Below, in pieces: positions 19,595-29,027 of a stretch of 64,000 bases of DNA. Positions within the stretch are counted from its first letter, which is position 1; each line of letters starts with the position of its first letter. Under the pieces are notes generated by a model, which had not been told where the DNA came from, did not search any database, and saw nothing but the letters and a program-made list of their open reading frames with translations. The DNA comes from an uncultured delta proteobacterium (lineage in GTDB: Bacteria > Desulfobacterota > BSN033 > UBA1163). The stretch lies in assembly GCA_963827685.1 (NCBI GenBank), contig CAWHBU010000006.1:1-64000 (forward strand), in the 5' to 3' direction. Both the position numbers and the translations under genes were made by a program.

Positions 19595-20587
19595 GTGTCG
19601 AGGCCACTAAGAATAGAGTATCCGGGAGCTTTTTATCATGTGACCTCCCGGGGAAACGAAAGGAAGATGGTATTTCAAAGCACCCGAGACAGAGAAAAAT
19701 ATCTAACTTATCTTGAATCAGCCCATCAACGTTATGGAGCCATCATCCATGTGTATTGTCTCATGGGAAATCACTATCATCTTCTCTTGGAAACACCGAG
19801 AGGAAATCTTTCACAAGTTCTTCATCATATTGATGGAGCATACACCACATACTTCAACATCAAAAGGGATCGATCCGGGCATCTCTTCCAGGGGCGGTTT
19901 AAGGGGATTCTCGTTGATAAAGATGCTTATTGTAAGGAGTTATCTCGATACATTCATCTCAACCCGGTACGAGCAGGTATGGTAAAGAAGCCTTTGGAGT
20001 ATCCATGGTCTAGTTATCGATATTACGCAGGGAAAGATAAAAAGCCAGATTGGTTAACGACAGAATTGGTTCTTGAGGATTTTGGCGGTCAGAAGGGAAA
20101 AGGATTCAGACGATACAGGGAATACGTGGAGAGAGGAGAAACCAAGGAACTGGAAAGTCCCTTGAAAAGCGTAATTGCGTCTACATTTTTAGGAAGTGAA
20201 GAATTTATCAACAAAATCACAGTGGAATATCTGGAGAAAAAGAAAATAGACAAGCGAAATATTCCAGCGATCAAGAAAATAATAAGAGGGCCTTCTCTTG
20301 AGGAAATTGAGAAAGCCGTAGTTAAAATAGTAGGGAGGGATCACACACTATTTAAGAAGATCAGAATTTATCTAAGCCATCAGTATAGTGGATTGAGTCT
20401 CGATGAGATTGGGGCGCATTTTGGGATGACGAGTAGTACGATTAGCCAGTTGAGCAGAAGATTTAAGGAAACGGCAAAGGGGGATAAGGAGTTAGGGGGA
20501 ATCCTTAATAGGATAAAGAAGGAGGGCTTGTTGAATGTTGACGGGCTGTTGCTCAAAAGCCCAATTCAAAAATATCTGACAGTTTGA
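19595..20587 (+). CDS. REP-associated tyrosine transposase (RAYT/TnpA-REP) with C-terminal HTH; last codons supplied by IS1182
   Basis: RPLRIEYPGAFYHVTSRGN, HUH NHYHLL, RYIHLNPV, WSSY; reconstructed native end is GLLNVET-stop. Confidence 0.92.
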   Translation: MSRPLRIEYPGAFYHVTSRGNERKMVFQSTRDREKYLTYLESAHQRYGAIIHVYCLMGNHYHLLLETPRGNLSQVLHHIDGAYTTYFNIKRDRSGHLFQGRFKGILVDKDAYCKELSRYIHLNPVRAGMVKKPLEYPWSSYRYYAGKDKKPDWLTTELVLEDFGGQKGKGFRRYREYVERGETKELESPLKSVIASTFLGSEEFINKITVEYLEKKKIDKRNIPAIKKIIRGPSLEEIEKAVVKIVGRDHTLFKKIRIYLSHQYSGLSLDEIGAHFGMTSSTISQLSRRFKETAKGDKELGGILNRIKKEGLLNVDGLLLKSPIQKYLTV

Positions 20588-22162
20588 GTTTCCATGAATG
20601 ATAGCCGAGGGTAAGTAAAACCAAATAGCACCATTCGGCCAATTTTTGAGTTCATTAGCTCCTTAAAATCTGAAAAGGACCTTATCTCCCTTGTCACAGC
20701 CCCTTTGATCTGCTCCATCATCACCGATGGACTTCTCTTTAGGTAAGATCCGTACCTAAGCAAAACCTCAATGTTCTGGACAGCAGAGATCAGGTATTCC
20801 TGTATCTGCACCCGCCAAAGCCCTCTCCATCGTGCCCGGTCATATCCATACCGCGTCCCTCTGGCATAGGAACGCTCCATCAAATGCTGCCTCACTTTGA
20901 TATCCCGCTTCGCTTTGGCCGATCGACTCGCTTCTCGCATCCTGTCTAGATCTTCCTGCCTCAGATGTCGCTTAATTGTCCGACCTGATCTGTTTCTAGT
21001 ACACTGCTCTCTTAAGTCACATGCTGCACAAATCTTCTTGGGTGCAGCGTAATCTCTACTTTGCCGACTCATATGTAATGATCTAGGCTTCAACCGATGC
21101 CCAGCCGGACAACGATAGGTGTCACTCTCCCGATCATACTCAAACCGCTCTTCCCCAAAGATATTCTGCTTTTCTGTACGCTTCAATGAAATTTCCCTCA
21201 AGTCCGGCATGTGGGCCTCTACTCCTCTATCATGACAGGCCAAAAAGTTCTCGATCGTCCCGTATTTGCTGTCGGCCACCACCGTATCCGCATTGATCCC
21301 TGTATTTAAACGGTGGCTCTCTATCAGAGGAATCATCTCATGCGCTTCATTGACATCTCCTGTTGTCGTCTCGATCGCCGTGATCACTTCACTCCGCTCA
21401 TCCACGGCCCGATGTACCTGATAGGAGAGTTTGGGCTTGCCACGATTCACTATCGATGCATCCGGATCGGTCGTTGAAATGTATCGGCTGTTCTCTTTAA
21501 CGTATCTCCTGGAGGAATCCGTGCTCTCGCTCTTTTCCTCTAATCGTGCTTCCAGCTTCTTGTAGCCCTCCTGGAGTTGAACCTTCAACGATCGCGTGTC
21601 GATCACGGAGTTGTTCGATGCATCCGCATCCACCAGGCTCGAATCCACAAAGATCTTTCTGCCGTCCACTAACCCCGCCTCCACACATTGCCACACCATT
21701 CGCTCAAAGAACCCCCTAAACGCTTCCACTCCCCACCGCGCCCTGGCTTTACTCAAAACACTGTGATCCGGCACCTCACTGTCTATGTCGTACCCTAAAA
21801 ACCATAGCCAGTCTAAACGCATGGGGATCGTTTCCATTAACTCTCGTTCCGATCGAACATTGTAAAGAACTAACAGCAACATCATCTTCAGGATTACAGG
21901 AGGGGGAATGGACACATTCCCGTTGCCCCCATAGGTGTCTCTGACCTCTGCATAGATGAAGTTAAAGTCAATCTGCTCTTGAATCCTTCTCAGAAGGTGT
22001 GTCCGGGGAATCCTTTGTTCCAGGTTCATATGATGATAGAAGATCTTCGGCTGAATTCCTGTCTGTTGTCCCATCATGGCAATATCTCCATTCCAGATTT
22101 GTGCTGCCATGCTTATAGCTCGAATGTATAATCGTTGCAAGTATCATTTGGGCAACAGCCCG
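20542..22162 (-). mobile_element. IS1182-family element, copy 2 (1621 bp)
   Basis: Same IRs; target duplication TTGA (20538-20541, 22163-22166); one difference from copy 1 noticed (18475 T vs 21106 C). Confidence 0.93.
20566..22077 (-). CDS. IS1182 transposase, same protein as copy 1
   Basis: Identical translation in the ORF track. Confidence 0.93.
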   Translation of the reverse strand: MMGQQTGIQPKIFYHHMNLEQRIPRTHLLRRIQEQIDFNFIYAEVRDTYGGNGNVSIPPPVILKMMLLLVLYNVRSERELMETIPMRLDWLWFLGYDIDSEVPDHSVLSKARARWGVEAFRGFFERMVWQCVEAGLVDGRKIFVDSSLVDADASNNSVIDTRSLKVQLQEGYKKLEARLEEKSESTDSSRRYVKENSRYISTTDPDASIVNRGKPKLSYQVHRAVDERSEVITAIETTTGDVNEAHEMIPLIESHRLNTGINADTVVADSKYGTIENFLACHDRGVEAHMPDLREISLKRTEKQNIFGEERFEYDRESDTYRCPAGHRLKPRSLHMSRQSRDYAAPKKICAACDLREQCTRNRSGRTIKRHLRQEDLDRMREASRSAKAKRDIKVRQHLMERSYARGTRYGYDRARWRGLWRVQIQEYLISAVQNIEVLLRYGSYLKRSPSVMMEQIKGAVTREIRSFSDFKELMNSKIGRMVLFGFTYPRLSFMETQTVRYF

Positions 22163-22203
22163 TTGAGACCTGACCCCTTTGACTTTTTTCCAAAATCAAC
22201 GAT

Positions 22204-22509
22204 GTGAATGAAAAGGCTTATCGTAGTCAATCAAATACTCCTGTAGTAAAACTGGCTCCTCTACCATCGAGATCGCAATTTCTAAATGTTATCGAATCAG
22301 TTTTCAGCGGAATGGCCGCGGCAATAATTCAAAATAGTGATTATGAATCAGTTACTGATGCAAAAAAAGCAATTGACAGATATCTCAGAGAACGGAACGA
22401 ATATTTTCAGAAATACCCTAAAAGAGCTGGAAACAAAATTTGGGGTAATGAGTTAGTTGTTCCAGTTTTCAAAATAGGGCAGAATTGCAAAAATCACAAA
22501 TGGCGGTAA
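22204..22509 (+). pseudogene. C-terminal fragment of an IS630-like transposase
   Basis: LPSRSQFLNVIESVF resembles the IS630 LPxYSPxLNPIE motif; the 5' part is missing at the RAYT IR. Confidence 0.65.
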
Positions 22510-22543
22510 AATATAATTTTAATCAAAGTTTGACTATAAAAGG

Positions 22544-22679
22544 GTCTAACTATCCCGCTTCAGTGGACGGAAGGGGCCTAGTTCTGTCGATGGTCTTCTG
22601 CATTTTCTCAATGTAAAAATGCAAATTTATAGCGCTGATGTATTACCCTCTTCCGCCAATGAGCGGGAAAACGTAACCA
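22544..22679 (+). other. attC-like site with eroded R'
   Basis: GTCTAAC; arms tcccgct(t)cagtgg(a)cggaagggg / ccctcttccgccaatgagcggga with two unpaired bases; GTA in place of GTT. Confidence 0.6.
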
Positions 22680-23161
22680 ACTCTTTCTAACGTTAATCTT
22701 CAAATCTTACCATGTTCAATTCTTGTTGACTTGAGGTGAAGTCCTCATCCCCTCTTCTGAAGATAACTTCCTGTACTCCTCGTTTTTGAAAACCCTGCCC
22801 CGATGCAACACTTCAACCAGTAACAAACGGAACGAATCCGGGAGTTGATTTGATTGTCAGATCGTAATTTCTTGGAAGACGGAGGAAACTCGATGAAAAG
22901 AGCTCTGTTTCCAAAACCATCAATGAGTCCTTCCCTTCTCCCCAGAGTGAACAAAAATGACCCCTTTATTTTCAGGGAATTCAATTTCGATCATCCCCGC
23001 TAAAATCTCCTGTCTTTAAGGTTGATAAAAGGGCAGGGAAATCCATATAGGCCGTCGATAAATTTCTATATACCACCTCTCCTCTAGGAAATATCATGGT
23101 TTTCCCTCTTCCTTTTCTTTTATAAAAAGGGTTTTAAGAAATGGTGGTAGAAGAAAATGTT

Positions 23162-24118
23162 TTATTTTCCTTCTTTTCTCGTCTGCAACTGCTCAATTGC
23201 AACCTTCACACCTGTCTGCATCCGCTCAATAGATTCAGCTAGAGCACCAACCTCCCCTTTCTCCTTGATCTGGATGGGGGTATCCCATTCACCCATGCTG
23301 ATTTTATCAGCAACTTCTGAAAGGTAACGAATGGGGCGAATCAAGGAACGGGCGTAAAAATAGATCCTGATCAACAAAACAAGGACAACACACAGAATAA
23401 CTACATAAAATATTTTGATTTTATCCTCATACCCTTCCAAAGAGCTTTTCTCGATCTGGTTCATTCTCCCTTCAATGGTTTTTGTGGGTCTAGAAAATTC
23501 ATCGATATAAGTGGTTGCTGCGACAATGAGGTCTGTATCTTTTACATGGGCTAAATACATATATTTGGAACGTATTCTACCGTCTGCATCCTTCCAATCA
23601 TAATAACCATAGGCTGGCCCTTTCAGGCTGGCTTCCAGAATCTTCCAGAAGGCAGGGAGTTTAGTGGAAAGATCGTGCAAGTCTGACCCTACGATTTGGG
23701 GATTGACATGGAAGTAGTTAATACCCATATTATCGTGGACGGCTGTGTAACCTGTCTCTCCGACTTTCTGCACAGCAATCGATTTAAGCCATGGATCTCT
23801 CAGTAATTCCTCCCTTTTAACCCTGGGATGCGTTTTAATAAAAAGCTCAATCTCCGCAGCTACATCGATTGCCTTCTCCTTGATCATCCTCTCTCCCATT
23901 TGACCCAGCGAGGACTTGAACTCATTTAAGGAGGCAGAGGTTAATTCCTTCAGACTTTCGGATCCAATGTCTTTAACACTGGTCATCCGAAATTTCCCCA
24001 AATCCACACTGAAGAATACGATGACCCCGATGATTAAAAAGGCCACAAAAATAGGGATTAAAGTCCCAATTAATAATTTTGGTAACAGACCTAACCCGCT
24101 TCTCTTTTTCACCGCCAT
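23162..24118 (-). CDS. Membrane Cache + HAMP protein with no output domain
   Basis: TM, VGETGYTAV..HVNP Cache region, TM, then HAMP (PIRYLSEVADKISMG..EVGALAESIERM) and a stop. Confidence 0.8.
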   Translation of the reverse strand: MAVKKRSGLGLLPKLLIGTLIPIFVAFLIIGVIVFFSVDLGKFRMTSVKDIGSESLKELTSASLNEFKSSLGQMGERMIKEKAIDVAAEIELFIKTHPRVKREELLRDPWLKSIAVQKVGETGYTAVHDNMGINYFHVNPQIVGSDLHDLSTKLPAFWKILEASLKGPAYGYYDWKDADGRIRSKYMYLAHVKDTDLIVAATTYIDEFSRPTKTIEGRMNQIEKSSLEGYEDKIKIFYVVILCVVLVLLIRIYFYARSLIRPIRYLSEVADKISMGEWDTPIQIKEKGEVGALAESIERMQTGVKVAIEQLQTRKEGK

Positions 24119-24173
24119 AAGATCCCTCCTTTTAAAGTGCCCTGCTCAGAGGACAGGGTTTTAGGATTGTTTT

Positions 24174-24965
24174 TTATTTCTTGAGTGAGAGAAACTCCAT
24201 TATGGTTTTTTTAAACTCTTTCCTCTTTTCGTCATGAGGAATCTCTTCCCCCAGTGCCTCGACGAATGATAATAATTTATCCTGTGGGAAAGAATCTCTT
24301 TTTTCCCCGAATTCAGCAAGTTTATGATCGATGACAAAAGGAGAAACTGCTCCCATAATCTTCCTTAACTCATTCTCAGCCACGGAGAAAAAATTCTCTT
24401 GTATCGATTTTTTCTTAACAGGTTTTTGTTCACCCACTTCTTTCATTAACCCTGCTTGGACGAGTTGATAAATCGCCTTGATAACTCTAAACTCATCCCA
24501 ATTAAGAACGCTCGCAATTTCTGATACATTTCTCGCCCCGTTTGACAAAGCCAATACACTCCATTGATCCCCACTGAGGGTTTTATTTTCTCCATCGTTC
24601 AGAGGGGAAGAACAGAAAATGGCGCTGTTAGAAGGGATCACCTCACGGATTCTCTCCCACTCCATTTTTTTCGAGGACCAATTTAACAGTAACTGCTCGT
24701 AAGGAATAGGAATGGTTCTTTCGGGAGGGGGTTCATCTGGCTCAAACGTAATTCTGCCCATTTTCCATTCCATAATGGTAAAAAATCCATATTCTCCGAA
24801 AGAATTAGGGGTCTTCGCGTGAACAATATTACCTATTTCTAAATACATTTCTCCGTTCTCTTTGCCTTTGAAAGATACTTTTCCAGTCTTCTTTCCCATC
24901 AATAAGGGTTTGAGAATGTCAAGAAGTTCTACCTGGGAAAGATCGCCTAAGAGTAATTCAAACAT
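24174..24965 (-). CDS. DUF4388 (PatA-N-like) domain protein with winged HTH
   Basis: GDLSQVELLDIL..KKTG..GEMYLEIGNIVHA. Confidence 0.85.
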   Translation of the reverse strand: MFELLLGDLSQVELLDILKPLLMGKKTGKVSFKGKENGEMYLEIGNIVHAKTPNSFGEYGFFTIMEWKMGRITFEPDEPPPERTIPIPYEQLLLNWSSKKMEWERIREVIPSNSAIFCSSPLNDGENKTLSGDQWSVLALSNGARNVSEIASVLNWDEFRVIKAIYQLVQAGLMKEVGEQKPVKKKSIQENFFSVAENELRKIMGAVSPFVIDHKLAEFGEKRDSFPQDKLLSFVEALGEEIPHDEKRKEFKKTIMEFLSLKK

Positions 24966-25016
24966 AAAATTCTCAAATTAAAGATTGTACGTAACACTTC
25001 TTCGAGGAAGCGGTTT

Positions 25017-25871
25017 TCATATTGAAAGTGTTTTCACTTCTCCCGCCCCCATCACCTGTAAAATATTTTCTGTTGAACCTATTATTTCTTTTTTGAGATC
25101 CTTTTGAGATTGAATCAGAAGAAGCAAACATTTCAGTTTCAAAAATTCACTACTGTCCATGAAACGTCTAACTACCCTCTCTACTTCTGAAGGAGATATT
25201 TCCCTTAAGTGGGTTAAAGCCCCACGGAACTCATCTTCCTTATATCGCTCCGTGATATCATATTCTCGCAATCGCATGCAGGATTGGAGGTTGTCAATTA
25301 ATGTAGCCTCGCCTGACAAGACAAAGAGGGAGACACTCCGCATCCCATTCCGAATTACCTCTCGTCTCTGCTCGCACTCCAAATCAAATCGGGTTTTGTA
25401 GTCGAGCTCGCACAGATTCCGCAGATTTCTTAGGAGAATGATCTGATTCTCCTTAGAATGAAACCATGGAAAGGGGATACGATGACGGTACGCCTTAAAA
25501 TATTCTCCGCTATCTTTTAGCTTTCTCTTTGCTTCGATCTCCTGCAATGTGTATTCGAATTTCGAGTACAAACTCTTGGCCAAGAATGCAAATTCCATGA
25601 TCTCTCTTTCGCGCTGGGAGTCCCGGTGATAATACTGCCTGTATTTACCTTCCAGGAGTTGCTTGACTCCCATGACCTTTATGAGTTGGTCTTGAATTTG
25701 TTTATAGGTTTGGCGAATATCGGTAATGATTTCCATTGGAACAGTCCTCTCCTCGGAAATCATCAAGCATAACTCCCGAAATTGATCCATCGCCTCCCTA
25801 AGGTCAAAATGGGTATTCTGCATGATTCGTTCTAAACTTGCCACATATGCTTGAAAACTCCCCCTCTCCAC
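25017..25871 (-). CDS. Hypothetical helical protein
   Basis: 284-aa ORF within the minus-strand run. Confidence 0.65.
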   Translation of the reverse strand: MERGSFQAYVASLERIMQNTHFDLREAMDQFRELCLMISEERTVPMEIITDIRQTYKQIQDQLIKVMGVKQLLEGKYRQYYHRDSQREREIMEFAFLAKSLYSKFEYTLQEIEAKRKLKDSGEYFKAYRHRIPFPWFHSKENQIILLRNLRNLCELDYKTRFDLECEQRREVIRNGMRSVSLFVLSGEATLIDNLQSCMRLREYDITERYKEDEFRGALTHLREISPSEVERVVRRFMDSSEFLKLKCLLLLIQSQKDLKKEIIGSTENILQVMGAGEVKTLSI

Positions 25872-25964
25872 GGTTTACCCCCAAATATGTCTGTTCAAAT
25901 TTCCTCTTTCAATACGATGCATCTTGATGATCTCTATTCCATTTTTTTTATCCCGAAAGCGCCT

Positions 25965-26900
25965 TTATCCCCTCTCTAATTTTTCGCTTACAACCCGTTT
26001 AAACGCTTCGACCACTTCAGGATCGAATTGTTTGCCTGTTTTGTCTACGATCTCCTGAAATGCCTCCCAGGGCGGCATGCCTTTGCGGTAGGGACGGTCA
26101 GTCGTCATCGCATCATAAGCATCCGCTACGGCGATCACACGAGCCCCCAATGGTATCTTATTGGTGCCCCCATTATTATTCTCAAGTGTGTCCGTAAAAT
26201 ACTTGTGGTGGGCGACAACAATTGGGACAACCTCTTTAAGCACTGACCCTACGGAAGAAAGGATATTGGCGCCCTTCACCGTATGCAAATCCATAAGCTC
26301 CTTTTCCTCCGTGCTAAGTTCAGCAGCCTTGCTTAAAATCTCGCCACTAATTTCAATTTTTCCAATGTCATGCAGTAAGCCCGAGACCCTGATGTTTTCA
26401 ACCTCTGGCCGGGGCAACTCCATGGCAATCGCAATATCTGTCGCCAATTCCGAGACCCTAACAGAATGACCCTTCGTGTAGCGATCTGTGGATTCAAGGT
26501 ACTTCGAGAGGATTTCTAAGACGCCAATATATGCATTTTTTAATTCTTTGACCCGTTGTTCATTTTTTTCATACAGAGTCCCAACCGTGAAACTCACCAG
26601 GATGAGAAACCCACCCCATGAGGAAAGCTGCGCCACTCCTGTTAGTATTTCCTTACCATCAAGAAAACGCCGAGGAAAGACCAAGACGCAGATCAGCACT
26701 GCAAGAATGGAGAAGACGGCGGCAAGGACTCCCATCCGACGCCCAAGAAAATACCCTGCCGTAAGCACGGGAAGATAATAAAAGTTTAGGATGATAAACT
26801 TTTCTTCAACGAGGTATGTACCAATCAAGGCAGCCATAAGGATAACGGCAACCAAAATCTTTTCAAAATGTCGCAGAATGAATTGCTTGAATTGTTCCAT
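25965..26900 (-). CDS. Membrane-bound HD-GYP-like phosphohydrolase with a degenerate GYP loop
   Basis: N-terminal TMs; YTKGHSVRV, LLHDIGK, ADAYDAMTTDRPYR; no GYP motif. Confidence 0.85.
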   Translation of the reverse strand: MEQFKQFILRHFEKILVAVILMAALIGTYLVEEKFIILNFYYLPVLTAGYFLGRRMGVLAAVFSILAVLICVLVFPRRFLDGKEILTGVAQLSSWGGFLILVSFTVGTLYEKNEQRVKELKNAYIGVLEILSKYLESTDRYTKGHSVRVSELATDIAIAMELPRPEVENIRVSGLLHDIGKIEISGEILSKAAELSTEEKELMDLHTVKGANILSSVGSVLKEVVPIVVAHHKYFTDTLENNNGGTNKIPLGARVIAVADAYDAMTTDRPYRKGMPPWEAFQEIVDKTGKQFDPEVVEAFKRVVSEKLERG

Positions 26901-27103
26901 TACTGTCTCCCCTGTCTTGTGGCCGCACCCGCATCCCCACCAATGTCAACGCTTGCGAGCACACTCGGCCCATGCGACTTGACTGAAGACTCAAACCACC
27001 AGAGCCTCAACCCACAAATATGCTTCGTTTTAGATATTCGAAACCGAATTGCCATTTGAATGAAGCCACAGTAACCCGGTTCGTCCCTTATAATTCTTTT
27101 TGC

Positions 27104-27119
27104 AGCAAGGATGATGCCA
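27104..27119 (-). promoter_or_regulatory. Sigma54 promoter for the HD-GYP-like run
   Basis: TGGCATCATCCTTGCT on the minus strand. Confidence 0.7.
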
Positions 27120-27445
27120 AGTATCCAAGAAATCTGTAACCATTTGAAAGTTTAGGGATTTTTAAGATCATTTCTTGATTGGAAGATTTATTAGTAGAAC
27201 AAAAACTGTCTCCGCTCTACGAATATATTAAACTCTTTTTTCCTCGTTTCCAAAAATTCAAAGAAAAGTACTTATTGATTTTCGTTTATTCCTGGCCAAC
27301 GCAAAAATAGTGATCTAACTTTTCATTTACCTAAAAATAATTATTGTGTTTGTTATGACAAAAAATGGCATTTTTTGCTCTTCCCTGAAATCCAATTTCT
27401 AAATATTCCCTTGAAAATCAAATAGATTAGCTGTCAACCCGCTGT

Positions 27446-27460
27446 TGGCACTGAAATTGC
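27446..27460 (+). promoter_or_regulatory. Sigma54 promoter, divergent from 27104-27119
   Basis: TGGCACTGAAATTGC. Confidence 0.75.
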
Positions 27461-27484
27461 CCATAGAAATGTAAATATCCCAAA

Positions 27485-28543
27485 GTGAAATCTCCCACAC
27501 TGGATGGAGGTAGTCCAACAGGAAATAAGCCTTTAGTGGCAGAGATGGATAATAAGTCATTTATGTCGTTTCCTAACAAATTGAATTCGGCGTCCCCTGA
27601 GTCTATTTCAGGAAAAGATGGTGTTTTTATGGAAGAAGACAGAAATGGCCTCTCAGGGTTGTTGCAAAATGGCGAGCCGGACTTAACTAAATCTGGCAAG
27701 CGGGGAAATGACTTTATTGAATCAGAAAAGAAGGACAATCCGATTGATTCCTCTCTAAAGAAAGATGAAGTGAAACCAACCGAATCCAAAAAGGAGGGCC
27801 TCCAAAGTGAGCAGGGACCGTCCTTCATGGGTTCTTTTTTAATTGAATTGGTCCATAGTATCAAGAAGGCTCTCGCCTCCATTTATCATGATACAGTTTT
27901 GGCAATGGACAAATATGACGATGTGGAAATTAGAAAACGTTCTCATGCTCAGGTGAAAGAGGAGATCAAAAAGATTGATTCCGTTCTGAACAGTCTTCTA
28001 AATTTCATCAACGTCACTACCCCCATTACAAAGACGAACACCCTATATGTGATCCTCGAAGAAATCTTAGAGGTCAATGATAAACAGCTTCGACAGAAAG
28101 ATATCAAGATCTATAAAAAATATGAAAAGGACCTCCCTGACACCTATATTCACCCAGAACAGGTGAGGTTCATTTTACATTCCGTTCTTCAGTACGCCAT
28201 CCTTTCAACGCCTCCGAACGAAACCATCGGATTTTTAATGAAATCAAGTGATAATGGAGCGGGTGCCGAGAAGACTTTGCCCGAGGATAAACGGGGATAT
28301 ATTGAGGTGATGATAGGTTTCGATGGAGACGGGAAGCCGGTTGACCAATCAGAGAATTTATCGGAAGTTCCACTGGATCAGACTAAAGGGATGGCCGATT
28401 TAATATTGAAATTAGCGAAGGATATTCTCGAAAGAAACCATGGGGTGATGATAGAAACCCGGAAACGATCGGAGACGATCCTTGTTCTGAGATTCCCCAT
28501 TGAGAGAAGAAAAGTAGTCTATTATGAGCCCATCGTCCTATGA
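27485..28543 (+). CDS. Degenerate histidine kinase-like protein
   Basis: H-box-like ELVHSIKKAL, DLPDTYIHPEQVRFIL, LAKDILERNHG; N and G boxes not recognisable; start uncertain. Confidence 0.7.
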   Translation: MKSPTLDGGSPTGNKPLVAEMDNKSFMSFPNKLNSASPESISGKDGVFMEEDRNGLSGLLQNGEPDLTKSGKRGNDFIESEKKDNPIDSSLKKDEVKPTESKKEGLQSEQGPSFMGSFLIELVHSIKKALASIYHDTVLAMDKYDDVEIRKRSHAQVKEEIKKIDSVLNSLLNFINVTTPITKTNTLYVILEEILEVNDKQLRQKDIKIYKKYEKDLPDTYIHPEQVRFILHSVLQYAILSTPPNETIGFLMKSSDNGAGAEKTLPEDKRGYIEVMIGFDGDGKPVDQSENLSEVPLDQTKGMADLILKLAKDILERNHGVMIETRKRSETILVLRFPIERRKVVYYEPIVL

Positions 28544-28592
28544 AATAAGATGCGAATTTGGCAATAGAAAAACCTGAGGGTATAAGGAGATA

Positions 28593-29027
28593 ATGGAGGA
28601 ATTATTCGATAGCAGAGAGAGAAGAAGCCATCCCCGATTTATTATTGATTTGCCCCTCGAATATCGGGTTATGGATGGATCGTGTTTACGTGGAGGGATT
28701 GTTGCCAATGCTAGCGAGGGAGGCTTTCTTATCGAAGCAGTCAGAGACATCCCTGTTGGTACGGAATTAAATATTGCTGTCCTGTTCCCAAAGGGGTTTG
28801 AATTGGCTAACTTCCACGTGGTGGCGAAGATTGTGTGGAAAGAACCTTATTGGAAAGAAGACTTGAAAGGAGACTCCTACTGGAAAGGATACCAGTATGG
28901 ATCAGAATTTATTCAGATATTGGAGGAGGATCGTTGGAAACTGAACTTCCTTCTTGGTGGCCGATTTAATTTGGAGGAGATGCCCACAATTAATGAAGTT
29001 CACACTGATAAGGAGACGGAGTTTTAA
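28593..29027 (+). CDS. PilZ domain protein
   Basis: ERRSHPR (RxxxR) and NASEGG (D/NxSxxG). Confidence 0.88.
   Translation: MEELFDSRERRSHPRFIIDLPLEYRVMDGSCLRGGIVANASEGGFLIEAVRDIPVGTELNIAVLFPKGFELANFHVVAKIVWKEPYWKEDLKGDSYWKGYQYGSEFIQILEEDRWKLNFLLGGRFNLEEMPTINEVHTDKETEF

Larger units (their letters stand above)
17896..22177 (+). mobile_element. RAYT unit bounded by GGGGTCAGGTC...GACCTGACCCC inverted repeats, each split by an IS1182
   Basis: Removing both IS copies and one target duplication each gives a 1032-bp unit with 25-bp IRs matching at 21/25 positions. Confidence 0.8.

Noticed and set aside
17911-22162. Arrival as a single composite transposon IS1182-RAYT-IS1182
   Set aside because: Each IS has its own 4-bp duplication and the outer flanks differ (TCAA vs TTGA), which indicates two separate insertions.
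17911-22162. Duplicated IS as an assembly artefact
   Set aside because: The copies differ at 18475/21106 and all four junctions reconstruct cleanly; long reads would still be needed for proof.
22745-22984. 79-aa minus-strand ORF
   Set aside because: No RBS or recognisable motif; probably spurious.
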